NCBI RefSeq assembly: GCF_001194135.2
Contig: NC_068983.1
Location: forward strand, 72,472,833 to 72,536,832
Direction: 5' to 3'
From: Octopus bimaculoides
Lineage: Eukaryota
Length of the DNA: 64,000 bases
Shown here: in pieces, positions 49,790 through 63,620 of the stretch
Position numbering within the stretch: the first letter of the stretch is position 1
Layout of the letters: the number at the start of each line of letters is the position of its first letter
The notes under the pieces: model-generated
The model's database searches: none
What the model was told of the DNA's origin: nothing
The model's input: only the letters and a program-made list of their open reading frames with translations
Position numbers and translations under genes: made by a program

Positions 49790-50922
49790 AAGTCTACTTC
49801 AGTTAGCTCTCACTCTTGCTAGAAATCCCCATCCTACCTACTTCTGCTGTACCCATTTTCATTGTCATTTCACCATGTTACCCCTCTTCTCTATCCTTTG
49901 CTTTACAACAAACCTCTATTTGAAATATTGAATTCTCCTCCTTTTCCAAAGGGTAATTATACTTTTGCTATTTTGCTTTGTTTTTCTCTGCTTGATTCTC
50001 TACAGGTTTGACTTTACATGGATATTCTATTACCATAGAAATGTAGATGAGCATCAAAACTGTCCTTCACCTTCCCTACAGTCCAGATCTTGCCTTCTGT
50101 GACTTTTGGTTGTACCCCAAGCTGAAGGAGAACCTCAGGGGTAGTCGNNNNNNNNNNNNNNNNNNNNNNNNNNNNNNNNNNNNNNNNNNNNNNNNNNNNN
50201 NNNNNNNNNNNNNNNNNNNNNNNNNNNNNNNNNNNNNNNNNNNNNNNNNNNNNNNNNNNNNNNNNNNNNNNNNNNNNNNNNNNNNNNNNNNNNNNNNNNN
50301 NNNNNNNNNNNNNNNNNNNNNNNNNNNNNNNNNNNNNNNNNNNNNNNNNNNNNNNNNNNNNNNNNNNNNNNNNNNNNNNNNNNNNNNNNNNNNNNNNNNN
50401 NNNNNNNNNNNNNNNNNNNNNNNNNNNNNNNNNNNNNNNNNNNNNNNNNNNNNNNNNNNNNNNNNNNNNNNNNNNNNNNNNNNNNNNNNNNNNNNNNNNN
50501 NNNNNNNNNNNNNNNNNNNNNNNNNNNNNNNNNNNNNNNNNNNNNNNNNNNNNNNNNNNNNNNNAAGTCTACTTCAGTTAGCTCTCACTCTTGCTAGAAA
50601 TCCCCATCCTACCTACTTCTGCTGTACCCATTTTCATTGTCATTTCACCATGTTACCCCTCTTCTCTATCCTTTGCTTTACAACAAACCTCTATTTGAAA
50701 TATTGAATTCTCCTCCTTTTCCAAAGGGTAATTATACTTTTGCTATTTTGCTTTGTTTTTCTCTGCTTGATTCTCTACAGGTTTGACTTTACATGGATAT
50801 TCTATTACCATAGAAATGTAGATGAGCATCAAAACTGTCCTTCACCTTCCCTACAGTCCAGATCTTGCCTTCTGTGACTTTTGGTTGTACCCCAAGCTGA
50901 AGGAGAACCTCAGGGGTAGTCG
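49790..50922. repeat. Exact 358-bp direct duplication (49790-50147 = 50565-50922) flanking a 417-N gap
   Basis: No differences seen between the copies. The left copy ends at the gap and the right copy starts at it. Confidence 0.95.
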
Positions 50923-51073
50923 TTTCGAAAATGAACATGGACACCTCTACTTTGGAGGACTTCCATGGAGCTTTCACAAAGTGGTTGGAACTCTACAACA
51001 AGTGCATTGAAGTCAGAGATTAGAGTTTTGTCTTCCCTGAAAAAGTTTCAAAACCTCTGGAATGCATCTTGTA
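50820..51073 (+). mobile_element. Mariner (DD34D) 3' fragment with right TIR
   Basis: IKTVLHLPYSPDLAFCDFWLYPKLKENLRGSRFE (YSPDLAPxD motif). Ends aaagtttcaaaacctctggaatgcatcttg|TA. Confidence 0.85.
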
Positions 51074-52649
51074 TGTCTATCCTCTCTTGACTATTTTTAA
51101 TTAAATTGCTTGTATGTTTCAGTTAAATTTAAATATAATTAAGATTTTGGAGGGAATTTAGTAAAGCTATTACGATAATATACATATTGGTTATTATTGT
51201 TTTGCCTCAAGTCAGCTCTGATTAAGTAGATCTATAGTCAAGGACATTCCAACTGAAATGTTTTTAAATACTGATCTGCAATAGACCTGACATTCTTATC
51301 TTCAGACACAATAATATCTATGACCACATTATTCAATGCAGATAGTAGAGTGTGTTTTGGCTGCTGTTTCTAGCAGTTCAAATAGTCATGTAGAGAGAAT
51401 CCCTTATTGGCTTGTTCATATATAGAAATATTATAAACCAACTGAAATCACATGATATCTATTATGTTTTAATGAGATTTTAAATTTAGTATAGTTGGTT
51501 TCTGGCAGATTACCATGAAAAGGGTTAAATCAGATTTATGAAATGATATTAGACTAAGTAGATGTGGAGAGTATTTATTTAGTGAAATAGAAACATATAT
51601 TTGTAAATGATAAGTTTGTATCTGAATGTAATGAATCCAGATTTCAGTTAAACAATGAAGAATTATTCAAACATCAAATGCTTCTTTCAAGATAAAAGAC
51701 TTCACAGTATTCTCATAAGAAATAAATATAAAGATAACAAGGAAAGCTAAAAACATTGAGCAAAATTAAATCACTAGATATTTACATTTAATTCAATTAT
51801 ACTTTTCAGGTTAGTTTTCTTGCATAGTCATAACAACAATGATTTGATAACTGGAAAGAAATTAAGAAAAACATTTCAATAAGAAACGTTTCCAATGTGC
51901 AGCAATTTGGCTAAGTTGTTAGAGAGGCTAGAATACTTTGTAGAATGTTCTGACTCTCTGCCTTTTTAGTTCAAAAGTTCAAATCTTGGTAAGATCAACT
52001 TGATAAACTATGCTATATTCATCCTTTCAGGAAGGATAAATAAAATACTAGTTTAGTATGGTGGTCTTGTCACTGGAAAGTAAGCAGTAACATTTCTGTC
52101 AGGATTTGCTAACCTCATGTAGGATCAACAATTGAAAAGTTTTCCCTCCAATACAGCCTGGCTCATAACACCACAGTTCAGTTTGATGAACAGTGATGCA
52201 ATATGATCTCTCCAATTTCAAATTTCTTTTATATACCATATTTTACAATACCTTCATTTTTATCCCTATTTTTTGAAAAATTAATACATTTTTAATTTAA
52301 TTTCAGATACATCAATTAAGGAATCAACAACTTGATAAACTTTGCAAAATTAAATTAATCTAAAAATCAAATAGATTTAAAGAATGAGTAAAAACAAAAA
52401 CATGCTTCCATGATAAAGCTAGTAAGACATTTGAAGTATTTCAGAGTAAATTTCATGCCATAAACTGAGAGTTAAAAATAGAACATGTAATAATTTGAAC
52501 AAATGAACAAATAAATGTTAGGGATACAATTAAATTTCCTTAGATTTTCAATAAAAATGCATCTTGCTTTTTCTTTCATTATATGATTCTATATACATTC
52601 ATATATCATTTGACACCCCAGATATCTTAGCAATAAACAAATTTATAAA

Positions 52650-53060
52650 CTAGATAACATGACAGGTTGGGATTTTTGGGGGCAGCTCTCAAGAAACTCA
52701 AAGTCTATTCTCTCCAAAGCTAACATGAAAGCTATATCATTTGTATGATGTAGAAAATATTCCAGCAGCATTGCCCATGACAATGCAGTTGGAATATTAA
52801 AATTCACCCAAGGCTTGATCCCCATGCCATCCATCCTCTACAAAACAATCATGCTTGCATCACACCACAACACTAAGACAGAACTATTTTACCTCAACTG
52901 GCCCTGCTCACTTTAACATCATGCCAAGACATATTAGGGAAGAAAAGGCTCTCATAACATTGAAATGGCTCCTAAATGAATACCACCAACAAACTCAAGA
53001 TAAACCACTTATACCTGCATATATCTCTGCAAACAATAACTCTTTACTCATATGAGATAT
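52650..53060 (+). mobile_element. CR1/L2-group LINE C-terminal remnant
   Basis: KVYSLQS..ESYII...KI and TLRQNYFTSTGPAHFNIMPRHIREEK...DKPLIPAYISANNNSLL fit the LYSLQRRRERY...GP.LFN.LP...PGY...NSL pattern. Confidence 0.65.
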
Positions 53061-53399
53061 GGTTCCCAAAGAATAGTTGTTATATGAAACATCATTAAAA
53101 GTCTTTTCCAAAGGTGATGCAATTAATTTAGTCATGATATAGTCATTAATTTAGTCATGGGCCTATTCTCATTGAAAGATATCTAACTATATAAGCTTAT
53201 TTTTATTTGTATTAAAAGGTATGTATGTATGTGTGTGTGTGTGTCACACATACCCACATACCTACATATATCTATAAACAACATACATACATATAAAATA
53301 GATTCTTATATATATAAATAATATATAGATATATATAGATAAAACAATATCCATACATAACATAATATATCTTTTATCTTTTCAAATGAATCAATGCCA

Positions 53400-53541
53400 A
53401 TGCCTTCTTTTTTAAGCCTCGCACTTATTTTATTGGTCTCTTTTGCCAAACTGCTAAGTTATGAGGACATAAATACACCAGCACCAGTTATCAAGCAGTG
53501 GTGGGGGTCAAACACACACACACAAACACATACACACACAC

Positions 53542-53572
<31 letters not shown>

Positions 53573-53695
53573 TGATAGGATCCTTTCAGTCTCTGTTTAC
53601 CAAATCCACTTACAAGGCTTTAGTCAGCCCAAGGCTATAGAAGAAGTCACTTGTCCAAGACATTACACAATGAGATTGAATCCAGAACCATGCTT
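53400..53695 (-). mobile_element. Major SINE copy with expanded internal (CA)n
   Basis: gccaaactgctaagttatgaggac...(ca)n...ccaaatccacttacaaggc...gattgaatccagaacc. Confidence 0.8.
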
Positions 53696-54982
53696 GCACC
53701 TTTATATATTCTTGAGAATAAAATGTTTCTTTCTGTTTATAAAAACTTGTCTGTATGAGTATATAAGAATTATGACGCAATATGGCATCAAAATATATAC
53801 AGTCAATAGAAACAACACGAAGTGACTGAGTTAAGTGTGGTTTTATGTGAGCTTATGAAATAGGAATGTTATAAAGGAATTGGAAAAGAAATTAACTAAT
53901 GTATGAAGGACAGAGAACTGCATTGTTAGGATGTATGATTAGTGCAAAAGCTTAACACCTGCCAGTTAAAGAAAAGACAGAAATATAATTTATTACATAA
54001 CTTTCACAGACATATTAATGTAACATTAACATCCTTAAAATTAATATTAAAGAAAGTAAATGTTAAAGAAACAGGAAAGACTTTAAATGAAGTAGTTGGC
54101 TTGTTATAAAGGACAAAATTTACATAAGTGAACAGTAAGAAAATAGAGAAAGGAAAAATAACAACAAAAGGAAATCAGTAAATAGATAATTAAAATAGAG
54201 ACATGCTCGTTGCCTTTATTATAGGTGTTCCCCTTTAAAAAAATTCTTGACACACCCTTAAAACACTCATGACATCTCTGCAGATGATTCCAAGTCAGTG
54301 GTACTAGAACAATGAGGTACCCTTCTGTGCACCAGCTAAGGTATTAGTGAGGTGAAATGTTAACGAAATAAATAAAAAAAATCTCTCTTGTCAGTAGTCT
54401 TATACTATTAATATAGTATAAGACACAGAAAATAGAAGCAGTGAGAGAAGCTGAGGGAGATTAGTTTGAGAGACAACTTTGCTGATACTAGTGTATAATG
54501 TGAATTTTTGATGTATTTTGGGTGAAAAATATGTTGTGAGATTGCAGAAGAGGATAGATAACAAGAGTAGATCAAAAGAAAGCATTGTATTTGATTGCAA
54601 AATGAAACCATAAAAGGTTGGAACTTATGAATGATATGAAGTAGAATAAAAATACGAAGAAATTTAGCATCAGAGACTCAAGAAATTTTGAAAACATGAA
54701 AAAAATGTGACATAGTGGTGGTAGCATCCATGGTGATAGTGATGATGGGGATGGTGATGATGATGAGAGGAAGAGGAAGAGTGAAAATAAAAAGTGAAGC
54801 ATACATAATAAAATATGAGAAAAATATCAGATTGATATATAATTCAATTGTGTAATTTTATTTTCATTATTATTTATTTAGAACATATCACTTCATTGAT
54901 TGGGTAAAATTAATATAATATTCTGTTTAAAAGAAGAATGACTTTCTTTTCTTTTTCCTTTCTTTTTTATTTCCAATTTTTT

Positions 54983-54984
<2 letters not shown>

Positions 54985-55013
<29 letters not shown>
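54985..55013. repeat. Poly(T) tract
   Basis: Directly visible. Confidence 0.95.
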
Positions 55014-56731
55014 GAACTACAGAAACCAAGTCAGTTTTCATCTCCAGCAAAACCATTCAAAGTTTCAATTGAATCAAGTTTTAAATTAAATTTGTAGCAT
55101 ACATACTCTTTTAGAATCAATTTAAAACAACATTGCTTTTCAGTTGACACCATTCTCAATCTATGTAACTTTACTTGATAATTTATCTATTGGTGTTAAT
55201 CACAGTCTTTGACAATCAAAACAGCAGCATTCCAAATAAAAGCAAGTAGCAATTTATCTAGACAAATACTGATTGTAAGTAATTAGTCAGAGTATAAAAG
55301 AGTAGTTCAGTCTTCAGTCTATCAACTGATTCTGAGTTGCTGTAACAAAAAAAGTTAATTGCTATGATAGCAATCAAACACAGACAGATTTTAAGCAAAA
55401 GTAAAGAGATTAATGTTATCCCAACACAAAAAAGCCACACACACAATACACATGCACTCTGTGTAGCTAGGTGGCTAAGGTGCCAGACTGTAAACTCAGA
55501 TTTCATGAGTTAAAATTCAATCATGTCAATGATGAGGTGCAATATTTGACATAAATTAGTGATTCAAGGTAAAAATATATACCATTTCCACTATATTGCT
55601 GAGTAATTAGTATTAAGAAGGATAACCAAATATAAAATATTCAAAGCAACAATCCACATAAATGTCTTAATATGCAGAACCATCTAATCTATCAAACTGG
55701 TATAATAGAAAACAAATTAACTCATCCTACTTTTTGCATTGTTTTTAAAACTAGCTTTGGTTAAAACAAAAATAAAAGCAAATTTTATTCAGAAAATATT
55801 CAATAAATTTCTCTTTCATTTTACTTTTTAAGTTGAAATATGGAAGGTTGCATTCCTGGTATCATAAATGCACTCTCTATATACTATCAATCTATGATTT
55901 TGAAGCTATTCTATATGTTATGATTACATTTCTTAGTCTAATTAATAAAACACTATAAATTAGCTTAAATAATGACTAGCAACTCCATAATTTTTATATA
56001 TAACTATAAGAGACATTGCCCTCTGAACAGTCTTTTGCTGGTATATTTCATGTCTGCTTGTATGAAACTACTAAGATATTCATATCTGCCATTATGTATA
56101 CACACACACATACATACATGCATGACAATTACCAATGTAGATATAAGGCAATGTCAGCATATTGTTATATGGATGCATATTTTCCATGAAACTGTTTCCT
56201 GTATGAGTAACATCAAAGTACCTCAGAATACATGGTGGAGAAGAATGTTGTTTGTCCTGTTTTAACTTCCCCTCAAAGCAATATTGAGATTTCAATTCAA
56301 GAGGTTATCTGTAAGATTTGCAGTGTGAGCAAACATTGTCAAAGAGACACCCTGCATTATGTGGGTGTTTAACAAACAGAATAGCTTGTTCTTGAAAGTC
56401 ATCAAAATTGGCACTCATTGCTAATCCTTTAAGACACTTGTTCCTAGTTTCAAAACTTTCTCATCTATTCTCCTGCTGTACATATTCGGTTTAGTCTCTC
56501 AGCATCCTTTTTGTTTATGCTGCTGTTAATGTTTGTATCTCATTACTATTTGCATGAGATATCTGTCTGCATATCCTGACCATTTGATAATTAACACTTA
56601 GCACCTAAATATTCTCAGACTGTGAAAGCTAGCTCAATATATCATTTTGAAGTAGATTATGGTCTTCTTGACATACCCTAGCCTATCTATCATGTGCTCC
56701 AGAAACAGACTTATACTCTTCACCCCTACAT

Positions 56732-57940
56732 CAGTTGTCACCAAACTACAGCCTGCAGGCCAGATCCAGCCTGTGAGGTCAGTTCATCAGGCCTGCCGCT
56801 GACCTGTGCCTTTTGTGTAAGTACCTGCAATGAGAGTTCATTCCTGAAGTGATCATGTTTAACATGCACTGCCATATTTAAACCAGTTTGAAGAGTGCTG
56901 TATATACACCACCAGTGCCAGGATTTTCTTGAAGAAATTGATTCTGAATTCTGTGACTTGCCTTATCACACAGCTGTGGTAAAGTTCTGTTTCATTTTTA
57001 TAAGCTCTGAAGAGAAATAGATATCTTTCTCACCGAAAAGGATAGAGCTGATCCACTTCTGTCAGATCCTACCTGGCTGTCAAAGTTGTTGTTTTTGATT
57101 GACATCACATCCCACATGAATGAATTGAACTTCAAACTTCAGGGAAAAGATAACCTTATCTGTGATCTCCACAGAATTATCAAAGGATTTCAGAGAAAGT
57201 TATCATTGTTTGAAGCACAAATGGAAGGAGGAAATTTCTCTCATTTCAATTTCAAAGAGTTTTGAAGCAGATTGTTTGTGACTTAAATAAGCAATTTTTG
57301 GAGAGATTTTCAGATCTCAACAGAAATGAGAATGACATTCTTCTGTTCCAGAATTCATTTGGTTGTAACCTTGATGATGTGCCAGTCGAACTACAGTTGG
57401 AGGTCATTGATTTGCAAGCAAATGACTTGTTGAAAGAGAAGCACAGAGAAGGAAAACTTGTTGAATGTTATCACTGCTTACCTGATGATGAGTTTTCAAA
57501 GTTGAAGAAATTTGCCTCCAGTATGGTATCAGTGTTTGGAACAACTTATGTCTGTGAGCAAACATTTTCAAAAATGAAGTATGTGAAGTCAGCACATTGA
57601 ATGAGGTTGACTGATGAACATTTGAAAGCAATTCTTTTGGTTGGATGCAGCAATTCCAAAGCAAATATTGGTGATATCTTAAAAGCTAAACACCGGTTTC
57701 ACAAATCTCATTAACCATTTTTGCTGCTTAGTTTGTGAGATTCAGATATGTGCGCACTGGGTGTAATATAATTACCTTATTGCTAATGTAACCTTTGATA
57801 AAATTTTGGTAAATAAATATATTGGTTTGTCTTTATTTTTTGTGCATTCACTGCATTGTATTGAACAAAGTGGTATGCAGCCCATGCTCGTCATTCTCTC
57901 ATTTATCTGGCCCACTGTGAAAAAAGTTTGGTGACCTCTG
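56732..57940 (+). mobile_element. Internally deleted hAT transposon (Charlie/SPIN/GTF2IRD2-like) with TIRs and 8-bp TSD
   Basis: TIRs cagttgtcaccaaact / agtttggtgacctctg. TSD ccctacat (56724-56731) vs ccccacat (57941-57948). Transposase pieces WLSKLLFLIDITSHMNELNFKLQGKD and VFGTTYVCEQTFSKMKYVKS..RLTDEHL (hAT dimerisation domain). Confidence 0.93.
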
Positions 57941-58289
57941 CCCCACATTTGTTTCAGTCATTTTACCCATTTTATTCAGTTGCCCTGGTTTTAGTTGCAC
58001 ATTTTTTTGGATGGCCCATGCTGAATTGAAAAAACTCTAATGTGGAAACATGCAACTTAGTATATATATATTGTACTATTGTATTGTGATCAATAAGCTC
58101 AACAATATCAATATATTACCTATCAGTGGAGGAATGAAGGGAGGTGTGGATGGAAAAGTGATGACAGGACCAGAAGCAAGGAGAAGTGATATCATAACAA
58201 GAAGTGAGGTCTTCAAACGGTCACTTTCTTTGCAGGAGTTTTGAACACAACAGACAGGTTGAAGGAAATATTATAGGTAAGTAGTCCTT

Positions 58290-59300
58290 TCTGGCCAAGC
58301 TCAGCTAGAATGTACATATGGGTATGACTATTGAGTTTTACTGGTTCATGTGACCCTAAATTTGGATATGCTATTGCCAATTGTATCTCAAAGTAAGAGC
58401 AACTTTATTTGTACCTTACAACTATAAGCTATTTCAGTACACCATGTACCTGTTGTGAAAATAAGCTAGTTTGTTTTATCTTCTTTTGCTCCTGTCTTTT
58501 CTACTGCTGACACACAATGGCTACAAAAATTAGGATCAGTAGCAAAGTCTTGAGACCATTTGATGGGGAAGATGATGTGGTGGCCTGGATATAAGAGGTG
58601 AAACTCATGGTGAAGTTTCAGAGTATTGAAGATGTAACTAGTCTTAAGCTACTTTACCATGAGGGAAGTACATTAAATCTGTGCTTGAGATGGACAAATC
58701 AGTTATGTGAGGGAGATCAGGAGGATGGCGGGGTTAGCAGGGTTTGTTGGAGCAGCAATGTAGTAGATGGTGAGGTTGCCTTTTGTGACCAGATTCTCTG
58801 ATCACATCTCAGTGCATTTGCAGTACAAATGCTGGACATCACCACAATGCTAGCAGAAGACCTGATGGGCAAAATGCAAGTGTTGACACAAAATACACAC
58901 AATGTAGTGGCAACAGTGACAGCAGATATGAGTAGGATGAAGAGGTGGGTGGCAACTAGTAACGATAGGAGCATATCAGACAGATGATAAGGGACCATGC
59001 TATAGGTGTTTGGGTCCACACATGGTCAGGGAATGCATAGAACCAAAACCAGGGGTGATGTGTTACTGATGTGCACTGCTAGTTCTCCCCATGACTGACT
59101 GAAGATGCACCAACATTAGTTGCTTGTAATGAGGATTCTTGTGGGGGCAAGGGAACCATGAGCCCTTGTGGATACAGGTTGCTCAATAACTCTGGTGACT
59201 GCAAGAATGGTCAAGGGCTGAGAGGAAACACCAGCTTCAGTGCAATGGATGACAGAGAGTCAAGTGTAGGGACTTCTGTGAAGTGGAAGTATAAGGGACG
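58290..59300 (+). mobile_element. Decayed Ty3/Gypsy LTR retrotransposon: gag, zinc knuckle and protease
   Basis: ATG 58517 MATKIRISSKVLRPFDGEDDVVAWI*EVKLMVKFQSIED. Knuckle CYRCLGPHMVREC at 58998-59036. Protease ALVDTGCSITLV at 59162-59197. The LTR boundary (58290-58516) is a guess. Confidence 0.8.
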
Positions 59301-60269
59301 GTGAAGAAGCTGCAGGCAATTGTAGTCAATGAGGTGGTGGACAGTGCCGCCATAATGGTGGGATTATGGAACAACACCATCATACAATCCCAGTTTCCCA
59401 CACATCAAGAACAGCCCTCACCTATTTATATCCTGACACTGGTCTGGGATCTCGTTTCCTCTCTGAAACAAAAGCCCACTCACTTTGGCTCTTTCAAGCC
59501 TAAGCCCCAGCATTGTGTCCCCTTCTATAGCTTCTGGTGCAATCATTATCTCAGATACGAGAAGAGCTCTGGGAGGATTTTGTCCTTTTCTAGTTTCTGC
59601 TTACTGCACCATTTTGCATGAGTAACTGAAATTGATCAGCGTTGACCAAATATATTTCAAGGGAGCTTAACATTTAATAAATCTATAATTATTAGTTAAC
59701 AAATCTATAATCAGTTTGAAAAGTTGACAGGTATTACTGTAGGCATAAAGTTGGTCATCACCATAATTTACCATAACAGACAAAAACATGCTATCCTTTG
59801 CAAAATGTAAAGCATAATTTAAAAATTTATCTACATCATTAGACTACTTAATCTTCTAGTAATTAGATAATCTCATTTAATTATTTCTAAATCTACTCAT
59901 TAATAGATTAGCATCAATTAAATCCTTCAGTAAATACATTATCAATAATCTAGATAAAATCATAACAAGATTAAGAATCATATAAATCAATAGATAAGTA
60001 TACAGCAATTTAAATCTGTGGATAAATAGATTAATATAATTGCAAATCTAGAAAACAAATTGACATTTGAAAAATTTACCCTGTTCCAAAAATATTCTCT
60101 ATTCTATAAAAATCATTAAACTTCTTTGTACCAAATTTTACAATTTTGCAATGAGTAACAAAACAATCTTCTAAATAAGATGCTGTGAGTACTGGACTAC
60201 TGACCATATGGTCACTAGTTCAAATCTTATAATTGTTACCTTGTTGGGGCTATGATAAAGCCACATGTC

Positions 60270-60790
60270 TCTCTGCATTCATGGTTACAGCAGATGGGAA
60301 AAACATCAAAGAAATTAAATCAATGGTTGGACAGGCCAAGACAATTTATGGTATGATGAAACATATATTGTCAAGTAAATGGCTATCAATAAGAATGACA
60401 AAAAGAGTTTTAAGGTCATACATAGAACTCATTGGTACATCAAAACCTCCAAAACAAGTGCAAAAGTTTATCAATGCTGCAGAGATATAATACCTGAGAA
60501 TAATGCAGAAAGTATCAAACAAGAAAAATCCACCAGTAAAGTTTATCAACAGCATAATGAGACAAGTGGCTCAGTTCATTAGCCACCGTATTAAAATAAA
60601 ATCCTTTATCACTTGGGGACAACTGGGAAACTGAAATTAGGGAAGTCAGAGAGAGAAGACACTTGATGGACTTAATGGTTTAAGTAAAACCAGCCCAATA
60701 ACATGCTAAATTGTGTGGTGGGGAGAGGACATGGTGATCCCAGATCAGTAGTGCCTGGAGACATCAAACATGAACAAAGGGGTTTCTTTC
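60270..60790 (+). mobile_element. Decayed RTE/RTEX-type LINE C-terminus
   Basis: TADGKNIKEIKSMVGQAKTIYGMMKHILSSKWLSIRMTKRVLRSYI...AAEI*YLRIMQKVS...QFI.H. Confidence 0.7.
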
Positions 60791-63409
60791 TGCATGCTCC
60801 AGATTTTCAGATAGAAGATGTGCCTACTCCACAACCAAATGCTTTCAGGAAGAACATCTCATTGTGAAACAAATTACCTCAGCAAAATAGACATATTGTT
60901 CATTCAAACATAGAAAAATGAAGGTATATTCATTTTTTTGAAAAATCAAGAAATTTTCATAAATTTTCACAAATGAAATTACTTTCTACTACTCCAGAAA
61001 TAAGTAATTTCTAAATTAAAATCACAATTACTATCTCATGAATACATAACATCTTTGTAGCATCAATGAAAAAAAAATCTAAAATCAGTGAATAATAAGA
61101 ACAGCTGTAAAGGAACATTTGAAATCATAAATTTAAAATCACAAACCAGGTTTAAACAGCCTTGAAAATAGTTAATGCAACATTACTGACTAAGTAAAAT
61201 ACAACAGGTTTCAAAAGACATTTAATTAAAGTAGATAAACCTTTAAATATATCTACTTCTAATTATCAAGTGTGAAATGTACAGGGAGCTGTAAAGTTTT
61301 TGTTAAAACAAATATATGACTTTGTTTTGTGCTTTTTATTCCTTTATTTATGCCAAAATTGTTCTTGAGAGGATTGTATAATTGATAAATTGGCAAAGAT
61401 AAAAAAATTGGAAATATAGACCATATCTACTTGCAAATCTTTTCAACTGCATTTCAATAAGGCCAGCTTAGTACAAGATACAGACTCGTGGTTTATCATG
61501 TAAAATTCCTTTTCACAAATCCCCAAATCAAATTTTTAGGTGATTGTAGATTCAATTAAATTTATTCAGTATGTAACTGCCACTTATTATATATAATTTG
61601 GAGAAATGAACAGTAAACTGTACAGTAGCAGGCTCTGAATATAGAAACATGATGTATTGCACTGGAGGTATCTAATATGGTGTTCTATTTATATTCATTT
61701 ATCCATCATGACAATAAAGAACAACACTATTAGCAGGAATGTGCAATGGCACTGTGATAAAATATAATAATTAAGACATTTTAATTCCAAATCTGAGTCC
61801 TATAGTAATTAGTGCATTCTTGGTATTTACTTTATGAGCTCAAGAAAAATGAATGACTAAAATAAGTAACCAATTTTCTAAAGGATGAAATAACAAATCC
61901 AAGCAAAAGAGTTTAAGCATTTTCGAAATGTAGTATCAAATCAAGAAACTATTTTTATCTAACAATAAACAGCCTCTAATTATCTTTGTTATAACACAAT
62001 AAAGATAAAATTCAACTTTCAACTGATTTTTATCATAATAATAACCTTGTAACAAGATAAAAAATAAATATTTAATAATTATAATCAGTTGATGCAAAAG
62101 ATTTTATTTACTTTATAGAAGCCAAGACAATGTTATTATCTTTGACTTTATCATCAGTTTCCCAAGTAATTCATTATGATGTTGCAAAGCAATGTTTATC
62201 ATTGAGTTTGAGAGCAATTCAATCAAATTCAAGCTATGAGTTGAAAGTGAATACTGGAATATCCAAAAACATTAATTTACACACTTATAATAGTTAATTC
62301 TTCAGACTTTTAATGTCAGACAATATCAGCAGGAGAAAGGAAAGACTGAAAATATGAACTTGCATAAAAACAATATACATTATCCTGAACCTGACATTTC
62401 TCTATGTCAAATTTAAACTGGCTTGTGTAATAAGCAATTTATCATGAAAGGAGATGAAAGAGCAGGTCACTGATGCAATTTGTTGATTGTGAAATACTTC
62501 CAAGATTTCAAAACTAAAGAACATAAATGAAGTAATCTTCTATAATGCATCTGATGTCTGACATTATTATATATTGGAGACAAACTGACAGAAGGTGATG
62601 TAATAGAATATTGACCTCATAGTCATTAATTAGAATAGAACTACTGCTGGTGTGTTGCACCTCTGAGTAATAGACGTATAACTTTGCTTGCTCTAGTTTG
62701 CTTAGCAAAACCAAAACAACTGGTTCTACTCCTTACTCCACAGTAGATTAGTTAGCTGTAGAAAAGGGCATACAGTTATATATATAAAAAAAAAACTTTT
62801 CTGCCAGTGAGCTGTTACATGGTTGATCAGCTTGTCAGACACAGGAGAAAAATTTTCAAATCACACCCTACCATTTCATATAAGGATATAGAAAAAAATG
62901 GTCATACTGGAATGCCTGACCTCAAGTTGAATCACCTCTTTTACATATGACAGCACCAACAAGAGGGAGCCCCTATGAGGTAGCTCAACCTGCTAGCAAT
63001 AGCAGCTACATCTCTCTCAGACTACACCCTACCATCCAGGATACAATATACACAGATAAAAAAAGATAAGGTTAAAAAAAAAAAAGATAATAAAGATAAA
63101 AAAGATAAATCGGCTGGAATGCTTTTGACCATAGGTTTGCTCACTCAGGGTTGCCCCACCAGATAACCCATTCTAGCCAAACAAGTATTGAAAATGGATA
63201 TAAAACAAAATAAATGCAAAAAAATTTTTTCAATAATATCATAACAATAAACACAGATTGAACAAGAACTTTATTGATGTTATTTTTCATTAATACAGTC
63301 AGAAATTCAATACTGAGCCTTTGAATTGCCATGTGCCAAATTCCTGGCAATAATATCATTTAATTTCCCTTCAACTGCAGTTGCTCTTTTTTCTCCCTGC
63401 TTTAATATT

Positions 63410-63620
63410 GGTTTCACATTTTGGCACAAGGCCAGTAATTTTGATGGAGGGGTAACTTGATTACCTCAAGCCCAGTGCTCAACTGATACTTATTTTATTG
63501 ACCCCCAAAAGGATGAAAGGCAAAGTCAACCTCAACAGAATTTGAACTCAGAATATAAGGATGAACAAAATGCCACTAAGTATTTTGCTCAGTGTGCTAA
63601 CGATTCTGCCAGCTCGTTAC
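63410..63620 (-). mobile_element. Diverged SINE of the 43032 family
   Basis: ggcacaaggccag...cccagtgctcaactgatacttattttattgacccccaaaaggatgaaaggcaaagtcaacctc...tttgaactcagaa. Confidence 0.85.

Noticed and set aside
50735-50830. Strong polypyrimidine acceptor upstream of the mariner fragment (exonisation idea)
   Set aside because: The transposase frame has a TAG before the motif and the other frames stop too.
62460-62620. Possible Tigger C-terminal remnant (GDKLTEGDVIE)
   Set aside because: Too short and too decayed to support a call.
63050-63110. Cluster of AGATAA (GATA) motifs
   Set aside because: Slippage within the A-rich part of an old SINE.
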